Shown: positions 46,303 through 57,000 of the stretch, piece by piece
Position numbering within the stretch: the stretch's first letter is position 1
Layout: each line of letters begins with the position of its first letter
Assembly (NCBI GenBank): GCA_963841435.1
Contig: CAWJCS010000005.1
Coordinates: forward strand, 992,001 to 1,056,000
DNA length: 64,000 nucleotides
Origin: an uncultured delta proteobacterium
GTDB lineage: Bacteria > Myxococcota_A > Polyangia > Polyangiales > Polyangiaceae
Direction of reading: 5' to 3'
Made by a program: the position numbers and the translations under genes
The notes under the pieces: model-generated
Seen by the model: the letters and a program-made list of their open reading frames with translations, nothing else
The model's database searches: none
Told to the model about the DNA's origin: nothing

Positions 46303-47961
46303 TCAACGCACGCGTGCAACCCCCGATTTTCTCGGGTCCGCGGCGCCAGCGAGGCCCGCCTCCGAGAAGGAAAGCAGCCCAACCGCCGCCTTTTGGGCAA
46401 GCTCGCGCGTGAGCTCGCCGCGACGCGCCAGGTCGGCGACGAAATCGGGAGCAAACCCCGGTTCGAGGTAGAGCGTCACGCCCTCCCTCGTCTCCGGACG
46501 AAAACGCGGTGCCTGTACCGCCGCGTCGGGGGACTCCCCGAACGCCAGCGTCCGAAGCAGCACCTCGGTGACGTTCGGCGGGATCGCAGTGCCGCCGGAG
46601 CCGCCGATGGCGAGCACGGGGCGCGCGCCGTCGAGCACGATCGTGGGCATCATGCTGGAGACGGGACGGACACCGGGGCGCGCTGCGTTCGGCGGGAAGC
46701 GCACCCCGAGCGCGCTCGACGCCGAGCGCGCCGTGAAGTCGTCGAGCTCGTCGTTCAGGACGATGCCGCTCGCTTCGCCCTCGAGCTCGACGCCGAACGC
46801 CGTGTTGATGGTCGTCGTGAGCACGACGACGTTGCCGAACGCGTCCGCGGTGAGCAGGCAATGTGTGCCGTGATCCTCGGCGATCAGGGCCCGAACGGTC
46901 TGGGTCGAGCCCGGCCGGATGCGGGCCTTACGCGCCGCGAGGCGCGCGGGGTCGAGCAGGCGTGCCGCGTCGATGGGCAAAGCGTCCGGATCGGCCGCAT
47001 AGAGCGAACAATCGGCCGTGGCGGCGCGCATGACCTCGGCCACTCGGTGCACGAGCGCGGGCGTGAACGCGCCCGCGCGTGAGAGCTCCGCGCGATCGAA
47101 GCTGAGGAGCACCTCCGCGAGCAGCAGACCGCCGGCCGAGGGAAACGGCATCGTATGGACGGTGAGCCCTTCCCACGGCACCGAGAGGGGCACCCGTTCG
47201 ACCACGCGATACCCCGCGAGGTCGTCGCGCGTGATGCCACTCCCGGCGGCGCGGGCGGCGTCGACGATGTCGTCGGCGATGGCGCCTTCGTAGATGGCGC
47301 GCGAGCCCTCGGCGAGCAAGCGGCCGAGCGTGGCGGCGAGCGGCGGATTCTTGGTGCGGCGCCCCACGGAGAGCGCAGCATTCCCAGGGTAAAATGCGCG
47401 GTCGACCGAGCGCATGCGCCGGTAATCGGCGGCGTTGCGAGCGGAAAGCACGGACGCGAGGTGCGCCTCCACGCGAAAGCCGTCCCGCGCGAGCGCGAGC
47501 GCCGGCCTCACGAGCTCTCGCCAGGGACGTTTGCCGTAACGTCGGGACAGCTCCGCGAGCCCCGCCGCCTCGCCCGGGACACCGACGAGCTTGCCGCGCT
47601 CCGTCGCGGGTAGCGGGCGGCGTTCGAAGGCGGCGGTGTCGAGCACACGCGGCGCCGTCTCGCGAAAATCGAGTGCGGTCACGCGCTGGTCGCTCTGGGT
47701 GTAGACGAGCGCGAAGCCGCCGCCCCCGAGCCCGCTCGACGTGGGGCTGGTCACGCCAGCGACGAGCGCCGCCGTGACGGCCGCATCCGCGGCGCTCCCT
47801 CCGGCCCTGAGGACGGCGAGCGCCGCGTCGGTCACCTGCCGGTTCTCGCTGACGGCGCCTGCGCGCGCCTTCGTCGCTCCGGGCGCGGGTGCCGGCAGCA
47901 AGAAGACGAGAACCGAGCCGAGCGCCACGGCGGACAGCACGCGCAAGCCGGCCGTTCGCAT
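46303..47961 (-). CDS. ggt: Gamma-glutamyltransferase family protein (secreted)
   Basis: GGSAADAA, SGLGGGGF, DFRETAP, VGVPG, TTTINTAFG, LNDELDDF, RPVSSM, DPRK. Confidence 0.92.
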   Translation of the reverse strand: MRTAGLRVLSAVALGSVLVFLLPAPAPGATKARAGAVSENRQVTDAALAVLRAGGSAADAAVTAALVAGVTSPTSSGLGGGGFALVYTQSDQRVTALDFRETAPRVLDTAAFERRPLPATERGKLVGVPGEAAGLAELSRRYGKRPWRELVRPALALARDGFRVEAHLASVLSARNAADYRRMRSVDRAFYPGNAALSVGRRTKNPPLAATLGRLLAEGSRAIYEGAIADDIVDAARAAGSGITRDDLAGYRVVERVPLSVPWEGLTVHTMPFPSAGGLLLAEVLLSFDRAELSRAGAFTPALVHRVAEVMRAATADCSLYAADPDALPIDAARLLDPARLAARKARIRPGSTQTVRALIAEDHGTHCLLTADAFGNVVVLTTTINTAFGVELEGEASGIVLNDELDDFTARSASSALGVRFPPNAARPGVRPVSSMMPTIVLDGARPVLAIGGSGGTAIPPNVTEVLLRTLAFGESPDAAVQAPRFRPETREGVTLYLEPGFAPDFVADLARRGELTRELAQKAAVGLLSFSEAGLAGAADPRKSGVARVR

Positions 47962-48141
47962 GCAGCCAACCTAGCAGGCTGTCGAGAAACCGCCTGCGAG
48001 ACGGAGGGCCGCCAATCCGTCGATGCCCGTGTTTCCAGCCCCTCCGTGGAACGGGGCGCCTCGCCTCGACGACGGCGAAGGACCGGGGTCGCCTCCAAAA
48101 ATGCCGAGCGGGCGCGGTGCTAGTCTCCCCGTCGAGACCCC

Positions 48142-49089
48142 ATGCGCTTCTTGTTCGTGATGGATCGTGCGGACACGATGCACCCCACGAAGGACACGAG
48201 CTTCGCCTTCATTCGGGGTGCGCAGGCGCGCGGGCACGCGACCCATCACTGTCTACCGCGGGATTCTTCCAACCGCGGGCGCGACGTGAGCGCCATGGCC
48301 CGGCCGATACTCGTGTCGAACACGCCGCCCCACGTCACGCTCGGCGAGCCAGAGCGCCTGGAGCTCGTTTCGCTCGACGCCGTGTTCATCCGCAAAGATC
48401 CGCCCTTCGACTCCGCCTACGCCCACCTCACGCACCAGCTCGAGCTCGTGAAGGACCGCGTGCTCGTGCTCAACGATCCCCAGGGGCTCAGGAACGCCAA
48501 CGAGAAGCTTTTCACCTTTCACTTCAGCGAGCTCATGCCGCGCTCGCTCGTCACGGCAGATCCGGAGGCGGTGGCGGCGTTCGTCGCCGAGGTCGGCGGG
48601 CAGGCGGTGCTCAAGCCGATCGACGGGGCCGGCGGCGCGGGCGTCGTGGTGCTGAGGAGCGACGACCGCAACACGCGCTCGCTCGCCGACGTGTGGACCG
48701 ACGAGGGCCGTCGCCTCACGCTGGTCCAGGCCTACGAAAGCGCCGTCCGAACGGGCGACAAGCGTGTCATCGTGCTCGACGGCGAGCCGCTCGGCGCCAT
48801 CCTGCGGGTCCCGCGGGAGGACGACGTGCGCGCCAACATCCACGCCGGCGGCCGGGTGGCCCCCACGGAGCTCACCCCGCGGGAGCTGGAGATCGTGGCG
48901 ACGATGGCCCCGCGCCTGCGCGCCGAGGGCCTCTACTTCGTCGGCCTCGACCTCATCGGCGAGCGCCTCATCGAAGTGAACGTCACGAGCCCCACGGGCA
49001 TCCAGGAGCTCGGCGTGTTCTTGGGGCGCCCCCTGGAAGAGGACGTCATCGCCTGGGTCGAGCGCCACGCGAAGCGCCTGCCGAGCTGA
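48142..49089 (+). CDS. gshB: Glutathione synthetase
   Basis: FVMD...KDTS, RKDPPFD, NANEKL, KPIDGAGG, GDKRV, RANIHAGG, EVNVTSPTG. Confidence 0.96.
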   Translation: MRFLFVMDRADTMHPTKDTSFAFIRGAQARGHATHHCLPRDSSNRGRDVSAMARPILVSNTPPHVTLGEPERLELVSLDAVFIRKDPPFDSAYAHLTHQLELVKDRVLVLNDPQGLRNANEKLFTFHFSELMPRSLVTADPEAVAAFVAEVGGQAVLKPIDGAGGAGVVVLRSDDRNTRSLADVWTDEGRRLTLVQAYESAVRTGDKRVIVLDGEPLGAILRVPREDDVRANIHAGGRVAPTELTPRELEIVATMAPRLRAEGLYFVGLDLIGERLIEVNVTSPTGIQELGVFLGRPLEEDVIAWVERHAKRLPS

Positions 49090-49132
49090 CGAAAACTTGG
49101 CCGTCGGTCGCCGGCTCTTGGATGTTGGCGTC

Positions 49133-49414
49133 ATGAGCGCCTGTGAAGTCTGTAGCGTTCTCGGACGCGGCCAGAAGCGGGGCAAGAAGCGACTCGTCGG
49201 CGAACGGCTCGTGTCGCTTTGCGACAGCCACGCGCTGGTGCTGGAAAAGCTCCCCATCGCCGGCGTGGAGGAGCTCCGCCGGGTGTTCCGTGAGCGCGCG
49301 GGCCGCCGCTCGCTCGTCGAGCGGCGCGAGGCGATCGACCGGCGCGTCTTTCCTGCGCGACCCGAAGGCCGCCGCCGGACCACGGGGCGCCGCGTGACCG
49401 ACGATCTCGCGTGA
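49133..49414 (+). CDS. Small Arg-rich hypothetical protein with CxxC...CxxH
   Basis: MSACEVC...LCDSHA...ERREAIDRR...GRRVTD. Confidence 0.6.
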   Translation: MSACEVCSVLGRGQKRGKKRLVGERLVSLCDSHALVLEKLPIAGVEELRRVFRERAGRRSLVERREAIDRRVFPARPEGRRRTTGRRVTDDLA

Positions 49415-49437
49415 CGCCGAGCGTGTAGGCTCGTGGC

Positions 49438-50412
49438 GTGTCCCTTCGCACGCTGCACGCCGCGCTCCTCGTCGGCGCTCTCGCGGCGGCCGTGCTCGTC
49501 ACGCGACGCACGTTGCATCACCCTCCCACGCCGGCCTTTTCGCCGCTTTCCGTCGTGCCGCCCGGGCCGACGTTCGTGCTCAGCGTCAACGTGGACCGCG
49601 TGCGCCGGAGCGTCGCCGGCTCGGCGCTTTCGCGGCGCATGCTCGGCGAGCTCGGAGCGACGACCAGCGGGTGCCGCTTCGATCCTCTGCGTGACCTCGA
49701 AGAGGTCGTGGTCGCGCTGGCGGCGGACGTGCCCGAGACCTCCGTCGCGGAGGGAGCCGCCCTGATCGGCAAAGGGACGTTTTCGGCGAAGGACGTCGCC
49801 GCGTGCGCGGAGGAGCGCATCCGTTCGCGCGGCGGCGAGCCCAGCCGCACGACGATCGGCTCCTTCGTCTCGGTGCGCGACCAAGAGGCGAAGGGCGAGC
49901 TTGCCGCGCGTGACGGCCTCTTCGCGCTCGGCGAAGGGCCGTATCTTCGCGAGCTGCTCGACGCCGCGGAAGGTCACCGCCCGAACGGCAGCGAGGAGCA
50001 GCGCCTGCGCGACCGCCTGCACGCCGAGCTCCGGCAGCGCTTCGGCCGCGACGCGCCGATCATCGCGACGCTGACGGTGCCGCCCGGCTTCCTCGAGCGA
50101 GCGTTCGGTCCCGACGCCGCGGCCTCGCCGCTCGCGACCGTGCGCCTCGCAGCGCTCCGGGCCAAGCTCGAGGGGGGCATCGTGCTCGGCGCGTACCTCG
50201 GCTCCGGGAGCGAAGCGGGCGCCGTCGCAGTCGAACGCTTCCTCCACGACGCGCATCACCTCGTCGAGCCGCTGCTCGGCGACGCCGCGTCGCGACTCGT
50301 CAAGAGCGCGATCACCGAGCGCGATCGAGAACACGTCGAGGTCACGATGCGCATCCCCGAATCCGACGCTGCGGCGCTCCTCGACGCTCTCGCACGCGAG
50401 ACGACCCCGTGA
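49438..50412 (+). CDS. Hypothetical exported protein
   Basis: N-terminal hydrophobic anchor, CRFDPLRDL; same-strand run after gshB. Confidence 0.6.
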   Translation: MSLRTLHAALLVGALAAAVLVTRRTLHHPPTPAFSPLSVVPPGPTFVLSVNVDRVRRSVAGSALSRRMLGELGATTSGCRFDPLRDLEEVVVALAADVPETSVAEGAALIGKGTFSAKDVAACAEERIRSRGGEPSRTTIGSFVSVRDQEAKGELAARDGLFALGEGPYLRELLDAAEGHRPNGSEEQRLRDRLHAELRQRFGRDAPIIATLTVPPGFLERAFGPDAAASPLATVRLAALRAKLEGGIVLGAYLGSGSEAGAVAVERFLHDAHHLVEPLLGDAASRLVKSAITERDREHVEVTMRIPESDAAALLDALARETTP

Positions 50413-50542
50413 GCCGGCCCGGCAGGAACGCCTGGGCGCCGCGCAGCGCGACCGGACCAATCCTGGTCACCGCGCCGCAATCTTGGAGCAACCGGGAACA
50501 GCCGACGCTTGGAGGCGGAGCTATTCCCGGAGTTTTCCCAAG

Positions 50543-51862
50543 ATGGCGATGCTGGAGAAGGAAGCGCCCCACGTCGTCATTCTCGGCGCGGGATTCGCAG
50601 GGCTCGCCGCGGCCAAGGCCCTCAAGCGCGCCAAAGTGCGCATCACGCTCGTCGATCGCACCAACCACCATCTGTTTCAGCCCCTGCTCTACCAAGTTGC
50701 CGCCGCGGCGCTCGCGGCGCCCGACGTGTCGGCACCGATCCGGCAGCTCCTCGCCAACCAGCCGAACGTCACGGTGTGGATGGCGACCATCGAGCGAGTA
50801 GAGCTCGAGAAGAAGCAAGTCCTGCTCGAGGGACTGAAGCTCGACTACGACTACCTGATCGTCGCAACGGGGATGCGACACGCCTACTTCGGTCACGATC
50901 TCTGGGTGAACCACGCACCAGGCCTCAAAACGATCGGCGAGGCTCTCGACATCCGCCGCCGCATCCTTAGGGCCTTCGAGGCGGCCGAGCTCGAGCCGAA
51001 CCCCGAACAGCGCCGTGCCTGGACGACGTTCGTCATCATCGGCGGCGGGCCGACGGGCGTCGAGCTCGCGGGCGCGCTCGCCGAGATCGCGGGTCGCACG
51101 CTCGCGCGCGACTTTCGGCGCTTCGACCCTCGCACGACGCGCGTCGTGCTCATCGAGGCGGGACCCCGCATTTTACCGAGCTTTCCTCAGCGCCTTTCGG
51201 ATCGCGCGCGCGAGCAGCTCGAGGAGCTCGGGATCGAGGTGCGCACCGGGGCGCCCGTCTCCGAGGTGAATGCGAGCTTCGTCGAGCTCGGGAGCGAGCG
51301 CATCTCGGCGCGCACGGTGCTCTGGGCGGCCGGCGTCCGAGCGAGCGCCATCACCGCGAACCTCGGCGTGCCCATCGATCGGGTGGGAAGGGTTTGGGTG
51401 GAGGAGGACCTGTGCGTTCCCGATCGACGCGAGGTCTTCGTCGTGGGTGACCTGGTGGCCAAGACCAAGGACGGCAAGCTTCTGCCCGGCGTCGCCCAGC
51501 TCGCGTTGCAGACGGGGCGATTTGCCGCGAGGCAGGTCGTCCATGATCTTCGCGGGGAGCGGCGCGAGAAGTTCGTCTACGTCAACAAGGGGTCGATGGC
51601 GACGATCGGGCGTCACCGAGCCGTCGCCAAGCTCGGGCGCTTCGAGTTCTCGGGGATCGTGGCGTGGTGGCTCTGGCTCATCGTGCACGTGCTCGGCCTC
51701 GTCGAGTTCCGGCGGCGCGTCGCCGTGCTGAGCGAGTGGGCCTGGGCGTATTTCACCTGGAAACGCCGCTCGCGCGTGATTCTGGAGGTGCCCGCGGAGC
51801 CGCAGAACCCGCGCTCGTCGTCGTACCCCGCCGCGCGCCCGAGCCTCAAGACCGGAAGTTGA
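50543..51862 (+). CDS. ndh: Type II NADH dehydrogenase (NDH-2)
   Basis: GAGFAG, NHHLFQPLLYQVA, GGGPTGVELAG, WAAGV, KGSMATIGR. Confidence 0.93.
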   Translation: MAMLEKEAPHVVILGAGFAGLAAAKALKRAKVRITLVDRTNHHLFQPLLYQVAAAALAAPDVSAPIRQLLANQPNVTVWMATIERVELEKKQVLLEGLKLDYDYLIVATGMRHAYFGHDLWVNHAPGLKTIGEALDIRRRILRAFEAAELEPNPEQRRAWTTFVIIGGGPTGVELAGALAEIAGRTLARDFRRFDPRTTRVVLIEAGPRILPSFPQRLSDRAREQLEELGIEVRTGAPVSEVNASFVELGSERISARTVLWAAGVRASAITANLGVPIDRVGRVWVEEDLCVPDRREVFVVGDLVAKTKDGKLLPGVAQLALQTGRFAARQVVHDLRGERREKFVYVNKGSMATIGRHRAVAKLGRFEFSGIVAWWLWLIVHVLGLVEFRRRVAVLSEWAWAYFTWKRRSRVILEVPAEPQNPRSSSYPAARPSLKTGS

Positions 51863-51971
51863 GGGTCCTCCCGCGCTGGGGTGGGGGCCCGCGGACGTTC
51901 TCGTCACGAAGCTCGGGAACGGCGGAGCGGGAAAGCCTCGCCACCTCGGGCGTCAACGAGTAGGCAGAAGC

Positions 51972-54077
51972 GTGCACGCGCGACCGGGTCCGACTCCGGC
52001 GAGCGGGTGGGCGCGAGCTTCGGGTCTTGCGGCGGCCCTGCTCGCGCTCGGGTGCGCCTCGGTCGAAAAGGGTCGCTACGGCGTGCGTTCGGTCGATGTC
52101 CAGGGCGCGCAGGCGATCGACGACGAGGCGCTACGCGCCTGCCTCGTGACCGTCGAGCGGCCGTCGTTCGGGCTCAAGCTCGGCGTGGCGTCGCCGGAAT
52201 GCAACCGGCCGCCCTTCGAGTCGAGCGCGCCCACGCTGCACCTGTGGCGCTGGCCGTGGACGGAGTGGCCGACTTTCAACCAGGCGGTGTTCAGCCGCGA
52301 TCGCGAGCGGATCTTGCGGTTTTATCGCGCGCGGGGCTTCTTCGACGCCACGGTTCGAGAGGTTCGCTTCGAGCCCCCCGAGGCGGCGCGCTCGGGAGCC
52401 AAAGGCCCGTGCGATCCCGAGCGCGAGCAGTGCACGGTGAACATCGTCGTCGTCGTCAACGAGGGAGAGCCCACGCTCGTCGATCGGGTGGCGGTGCGCG
52501 GCATCGATTCGCTCGACGCCTCCCTGCGAAGGCAGATCGCCGAGCTTGCCGAGGCGCTTCGCGACGCGCGCTTCGACGAAACGACTCACGATGAAAAGAA
52601 GAAGGCGATCCGTGACGCTCTGCGCGCTCGCGGTTACGCCGCAGCCAAGGTGGACGGCAAGGTCGAAATCGACACGGCGTCGCACCGCGCCAACGTCGAG
52701 CTCGCCGTCGCGCCCGGGCCCGTCTACACCTTCGGCACGCTCGGCGTCAGCGGTCAGGGCACGCTGCCTTCGAAGCCCATCGTGGCCGCGGCGGACCTCC
52801 GGACCGGCAAGCGCTACGACCCGAGCACCCTGCACGAGCTGCAGGCCGAGGTCTTCGCGCTCGGCGCGTTCTCTGCCGTCGAGCTCAACGAAACGCTGGA
52901 CCCGGCGCGACGCCGCGTGAACGTCGATGTCCACGTCGCGCCGCTTTCCCCCGAGCAACTGCGCGTCGGCTTCGGTGTCCTCAGCGGGGCCACGCGCCGC
53001 ACGGAGACCGGCGAGCTGACGAGCATTCCGCAGTGGGACCTCCACCTGTTCGGCACCTACGAGCGGCGCCACGTGTTCGGCACGCTCGGGCGCGTGCGTC
53101 TCGAGGAGCGGCCGCGGCTGATTCTCAACGAGCCGTTTCCGCAGACGGCCAAGCCGACCTACGGCAACCTGGTCGGGCTGCGTCTGGATGAGCCGGGCCT
53201 CGTCGAGGCCCGCACGAACCTGTTCGCGAGCTCCTCGTGGGACTACGGCCCCGACGCGTTCCTCGGGTTTCGCCGCTCCGACATCCTGGCTCGCGTCGGG
53301 GTATCGCGTGGCTTCTTTGCGCGGCGACTGATCGCGACGCTCGCCGTCGAGCAGGATCTGTTCCTCGTGCCGTCGCTCGGCAACCCGACGAGCGACGGCA
53401 GCCCGACGCCGACGCCCTACACGTACGCCTTCGTCGAGCAGGATCTGCGCCTCGATTTCCGCGACAACCGCCAGCGCCCCACGCTCGGCGCGTATTTCGG
53501 CCTCAACGTCAGCGAGGCGCCGCGCTTCGCGGCCTCGGACTGGGCGCTCGTGCGCCTGGCCCCCGAGGTACGCGGCTATCTTCCGCTGCCCCTCGATACC
53601 GTGCTCGCGGCGCGCTTCGCGCTGGGGTCCGCGTACGTGCTCGATGCAAGCGCGCAGCTCGACGCGTCGTCACGGCAGCTCGGCCCTTCGAGCTATCGTC
53701 TGCGCGGCGGCGGCGCGAACAGCAACCGCGGCTTTTTGCCCGGGCAGCTCGGCGCGGGCATCCAGGGCGGCCTGCGCCGTTGGGAGTCGACCGCCGAGCT
53801 GCGCTTCGCGCTCGGCGCCGATTTCGGCATCGTCGGCTTCCTCGACGTCGGCGACGTGAACGACGCGCCCCATTTCCGCTTCAGCCACCTCAACACGACG
53901 GCTGGCACGGGCCTGCGCTACTACACCGTGATTGGCGTGTTGCGCGTCGATGTCGGGTTCCGCATCCGGCCCTGGCAGCGCGTGAACGGCGACCCGGGCA
54001 TCGAGGCCGATGCCAATCGATTGCCCTTTACCCGCATCCCGGGAGCGGCACACTTCACCATCGGAGAGTCGTTCTGA
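51972..54077 (+). CDS. tamA: BamA/TamA (Omp85) family outer-membrane protein
   Basis: LGC lipobox, POTRA domains, GGANSNRGF, FLDVGDV, GLRYYTVIGVLRVDVG and terminal IGESF. Confidence 0.88.
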   Translation: MHARPGPTPASGWARASGLAAALLALGCASVEKGRYGVRSVDVQGAQAIDDEALRACLVTVERPSFGLKLGVASPECNRPPFESSAPTLHLWRWPWTEWPTFNQAVFSRDRERILRFYRARGFFDATVREVRFEPPEAARSGAKGPCDPEREQCTVNIVVVVNEGEPTLVDRVAVRGIDSLDASLRRQIAELAEALRDARFDETTHDEKKKAIRDALRARGYAAAKVDGKVEIDTASHRANVELAVAPGPVYTFGTLGVSGQGTLPSKPIVAAADLRTGKRYDPSTLHELQAEVFALGAFSAVELNETLDPARRRVNVDVHVAPLSPEQLRVGFGVLSGATRRTETGELTSIPQWDLHLFGTYERRHVFGTLGRVRLEERPRLILNEPFPQTAKPTYGNLVGLRLDEPGLVEARTNLFASSSWDYGPDAFLGFRRSDILARVGVSRGFFARRLIATLAVEQDLFLVPSLGNPTSDGSPTPTPYTYAFVEQDLRLDFRDNRQRPTLGAYFGLNVSEAPRFAASDWALVRLAPEVRGYLPLPLDTVLAARFALGSAYVLDASAQLDASSRQLGPSSYRLRGGGANSNRGFLPGQLGAGIQGGLRRWESTAELRFALGADFGIVGFLDVGDVNDAPHFRFSHLNTTAGTGLRYYTVIGVLRVDVGFRIRPWQRVNGDPGIEADANRLPFTRIPGAAHFTIGESF

Positions 54078-57000
54078 TGCGCTGGGCGCGCCTTCGTCGC
54101 TGGCTCGTGCGCCTGATCGTGGTGCTCAGCGCGGCGATCCTTGTGGCGCTCGTGCTGACGACGCTGACGCTCGCGACGCGCTTCGGCCGCAATCTCGCGC
54201 TCGGCTACGCGCTCGTCGCCGTCAACCGCGCCATCCCCGGGCGCGTCGCGGTCGCGGACTTCTCCGAGCTCGGCCTGCACGGGCTCGAGCTCACCGGCGT
54301 GTCCGTCTTCGACCCGACGGGCAAGCGCGTGCTGGAGGTGAAGACACTCCGCCTCGAAGCCGATTTCCTCGGGCTCCGGCCGAGCACGCTCCGCGTGGAG
54401 CGCGTCAGTGTGAAGGGCGGTTCCGTCGATTTGCGCGAGGTCGCCGCGACGCGGCGAGGGCTCGTCGCTGCGTTCGTGGATCCGGCCGCACCTCCCTCTG
54501 CGCCGCGCAGCGCACCGCTGCCCTACGTCCTCGTGCGCGTGCTCGAGGTCGAGGGCTTCAGGGCCACTTTGCCGCGGCCCGCACCCGCGCTCCCCACGAG
54601 CGTCGAGGACCTTCGGCTGCTCGCCGACTTCGAGCTCGACGGGGGGCCCCGCGCGAACGTGCGGCGCCTAACCTTTCACGCCGAGCGCGAGCGCGAGCGA
54701 TGGCTCACGGTCTCGCGTTTCGAGGCTCACCTCGGGCGGCGCGACGAGACTTCGTCGATGAAGCTCGAGGCCGACGCCGCGGGCGCGGCGATCGCGCTTT
54801 CGGCGAAGGGCGTTTTGCCGGGCGATGAGCACTTCGAAGCGGCGCCGGTTTCGCTCGAGCTCGCGATCTCGCGGGTCACGGCCGCTCGCCTCGCCACGCT
54901 CGCGGCGGACCCTGGCCTCGCGCAGGCGTTCTCGGGTGAAGTGGCCGTGCGAGCCAAGGTCGCAGGCTCGCTCGCGGCGCTCGTTGGCAACGTCGTCGCC
55001 GACACGAACGGAGGCCAGGTCACACTCGATGCCACGCTGGCCGATCGGGAGCATCTCGCATTCGAGCTCGTTGCGCAGGGCATCCGCGCGGGTCGCGTCG
55101 TGTCGGGCGCGCCTCCGGAACCCGTCACCGCAGCGCTGAGCGGCTCGGTCGAGCTGCCGGGCGCGAAGGCTGCCGCGGGCACGCCGGCGCTCGGAAAGGA
55201 CGAGCTTTTCGCGAGGGTGCGGGTGAGACGCGCGAAGCTCGGTGACGAGGTGCTGCCCGACATGGACCTAAGAGCGATCGTCTCGGCCACGGGCGTGAGG
55301 GATCTCGACCTTGACGCCGAGGACGGCGTGTCCGAGCTCAGCGCCAAAGGGCGCGTGGGTTTCGCCAGCGACATGGAGCTCGAGCTCTCGGCGCGCGTCG
55401 AACCCGCAACGCTAAAGCGCCTCGCTCGCCTCGTTTCCGCCGGCAAGAAGGCGGGCGGACACCTGAAGGTCGCGGCGCACGTTTCGAGAACGAAGACGGG
55501 GTACCTGACGGTGACCGCCGACCTGACGGGACGAGACCTCGCTCTCGACGACCTCTCGCTGGCACGGCTCGATGCGCACACCGCCCTGAAAGGCGATCCG
55601 CCGCGACTCAGCGGCAAGACCCGCGTCGAGATCGCGGACCTTCGCGCGGGAGAGGCCACGGTTCACGGCGCCTCGCTCGCCGTAACGGGTGGCCCCGAGC
55701 ACTATCGGGTGACGCTCGGCGGGCGCTCCAACCAGGGCGATCTGGATCTTCTGGCCAGCGTCAACGCCACGAGCCACGACTTGGTGATCGAAGCGAGCGG
55801 CCGGGGCACGCGCGCCGGGCACGAGCTCGAGCTCGCGGTCGCGCGCACGCACGTTGCGCTCGGCGGCAGCGTGGAGACACAAGGCGTGTCGGTGTCGTTC
55901 GCCGGGCAAGCGCTCACGCTCCGCGGCCGCCTGGCGCCCGAGCGCTCGGAGCTCGTCATCGACGCGACGAGCATCGACCTCGGCGCGCTCGCGAGCATGC
56001 TCCCCGCGGATCTGAAGCCGCAGGGGCACGTGACCTTGCACGGAGCGCTGCGCGGCGAGCTCGCGCGACCCGAGCTCGAGCTCAACATCGCGGCCACCAG
56101 CGTGAAGCTCGGCGACCGCCCCGCCCTCGACACCTGGCTCGACGCGCGGCTCGACGCGCCCGCCGGCACCGCCTCCGTCGAGTTGCGCGCGACCGATGTC
56201 GTCGCGTCACCGGCGCGCGAGCACCGCCTCCTCGTGGAGCTCGCCGCGGAAAGCCACTTCGCGACGGGAGTACCGCTTTCGCGCGCCCTCGGAGACGCCG
56301 AGCATCGCGTCCACCTCGAGCTCGACGCGCTCGACCTTTCCCTCGTGCACGAGCTCGCGCCAGCCGTCCGTCTGCCCGTGAGCGGGAGCCTGCACGCGGA
56401 GCTCGACGCAAACGGGACGCTCGAAGCGCCGCATGCCGAGCTCGCTCTCGACGGGACGCTGAAGAGCGCCGGGAGCCCCACGAGCTACCGCGTCGCCCAG
56501 CGCGCGAGCCTCGATGCCGGGCACTTCGAAGCACGGCTCACGGTCGACGACGCCAAGGGCGCGCTCTTCACGGCTTTCATCGACGCAACGCCGCCGAGCT
56601 TCTCCCGCCTGGCGGCCGATCCGGCGCATGCCCTCGATGACACGCCGTTCCACGTGATGGCGGCGCTCGCTGGCCGGAAGCTACGAGAGCTGCCACTCCC
56701 CGGCGCCGCGTCGCTCCCCAATGCCGTGCTCGGTGCTTCGCTCCTCGCGTCGCACGAGCCGGGTCACGAGCCCACGGTGGAGCTGACGGCGTCGCTCCGA
56801 CAAGAGCCCGTGCCGGGCGAGACGAGCGCGTGCGACCAGGGCGACATCAGGCTCGACGCCGGGGCGACGCTGCACGAGGGGCGCTTCGACGCGCTCGTTT
56901 CCGGCACCCGGCGTGACGAGGAGCTGCTCCGCGTCAGCGTCGGCGCAGAGCTCGCTCTCGCTGACGCGTTCTCCGGCGGCGAGGTGCGGCTCGGAAAGAT

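Noticed and set aside
47971-47997. CTAGCAGGCTGTCGAGAAAC, resembling IS/MITE terminal repeats
   Set aside because: No matching opposite end or transposase seen in the window.
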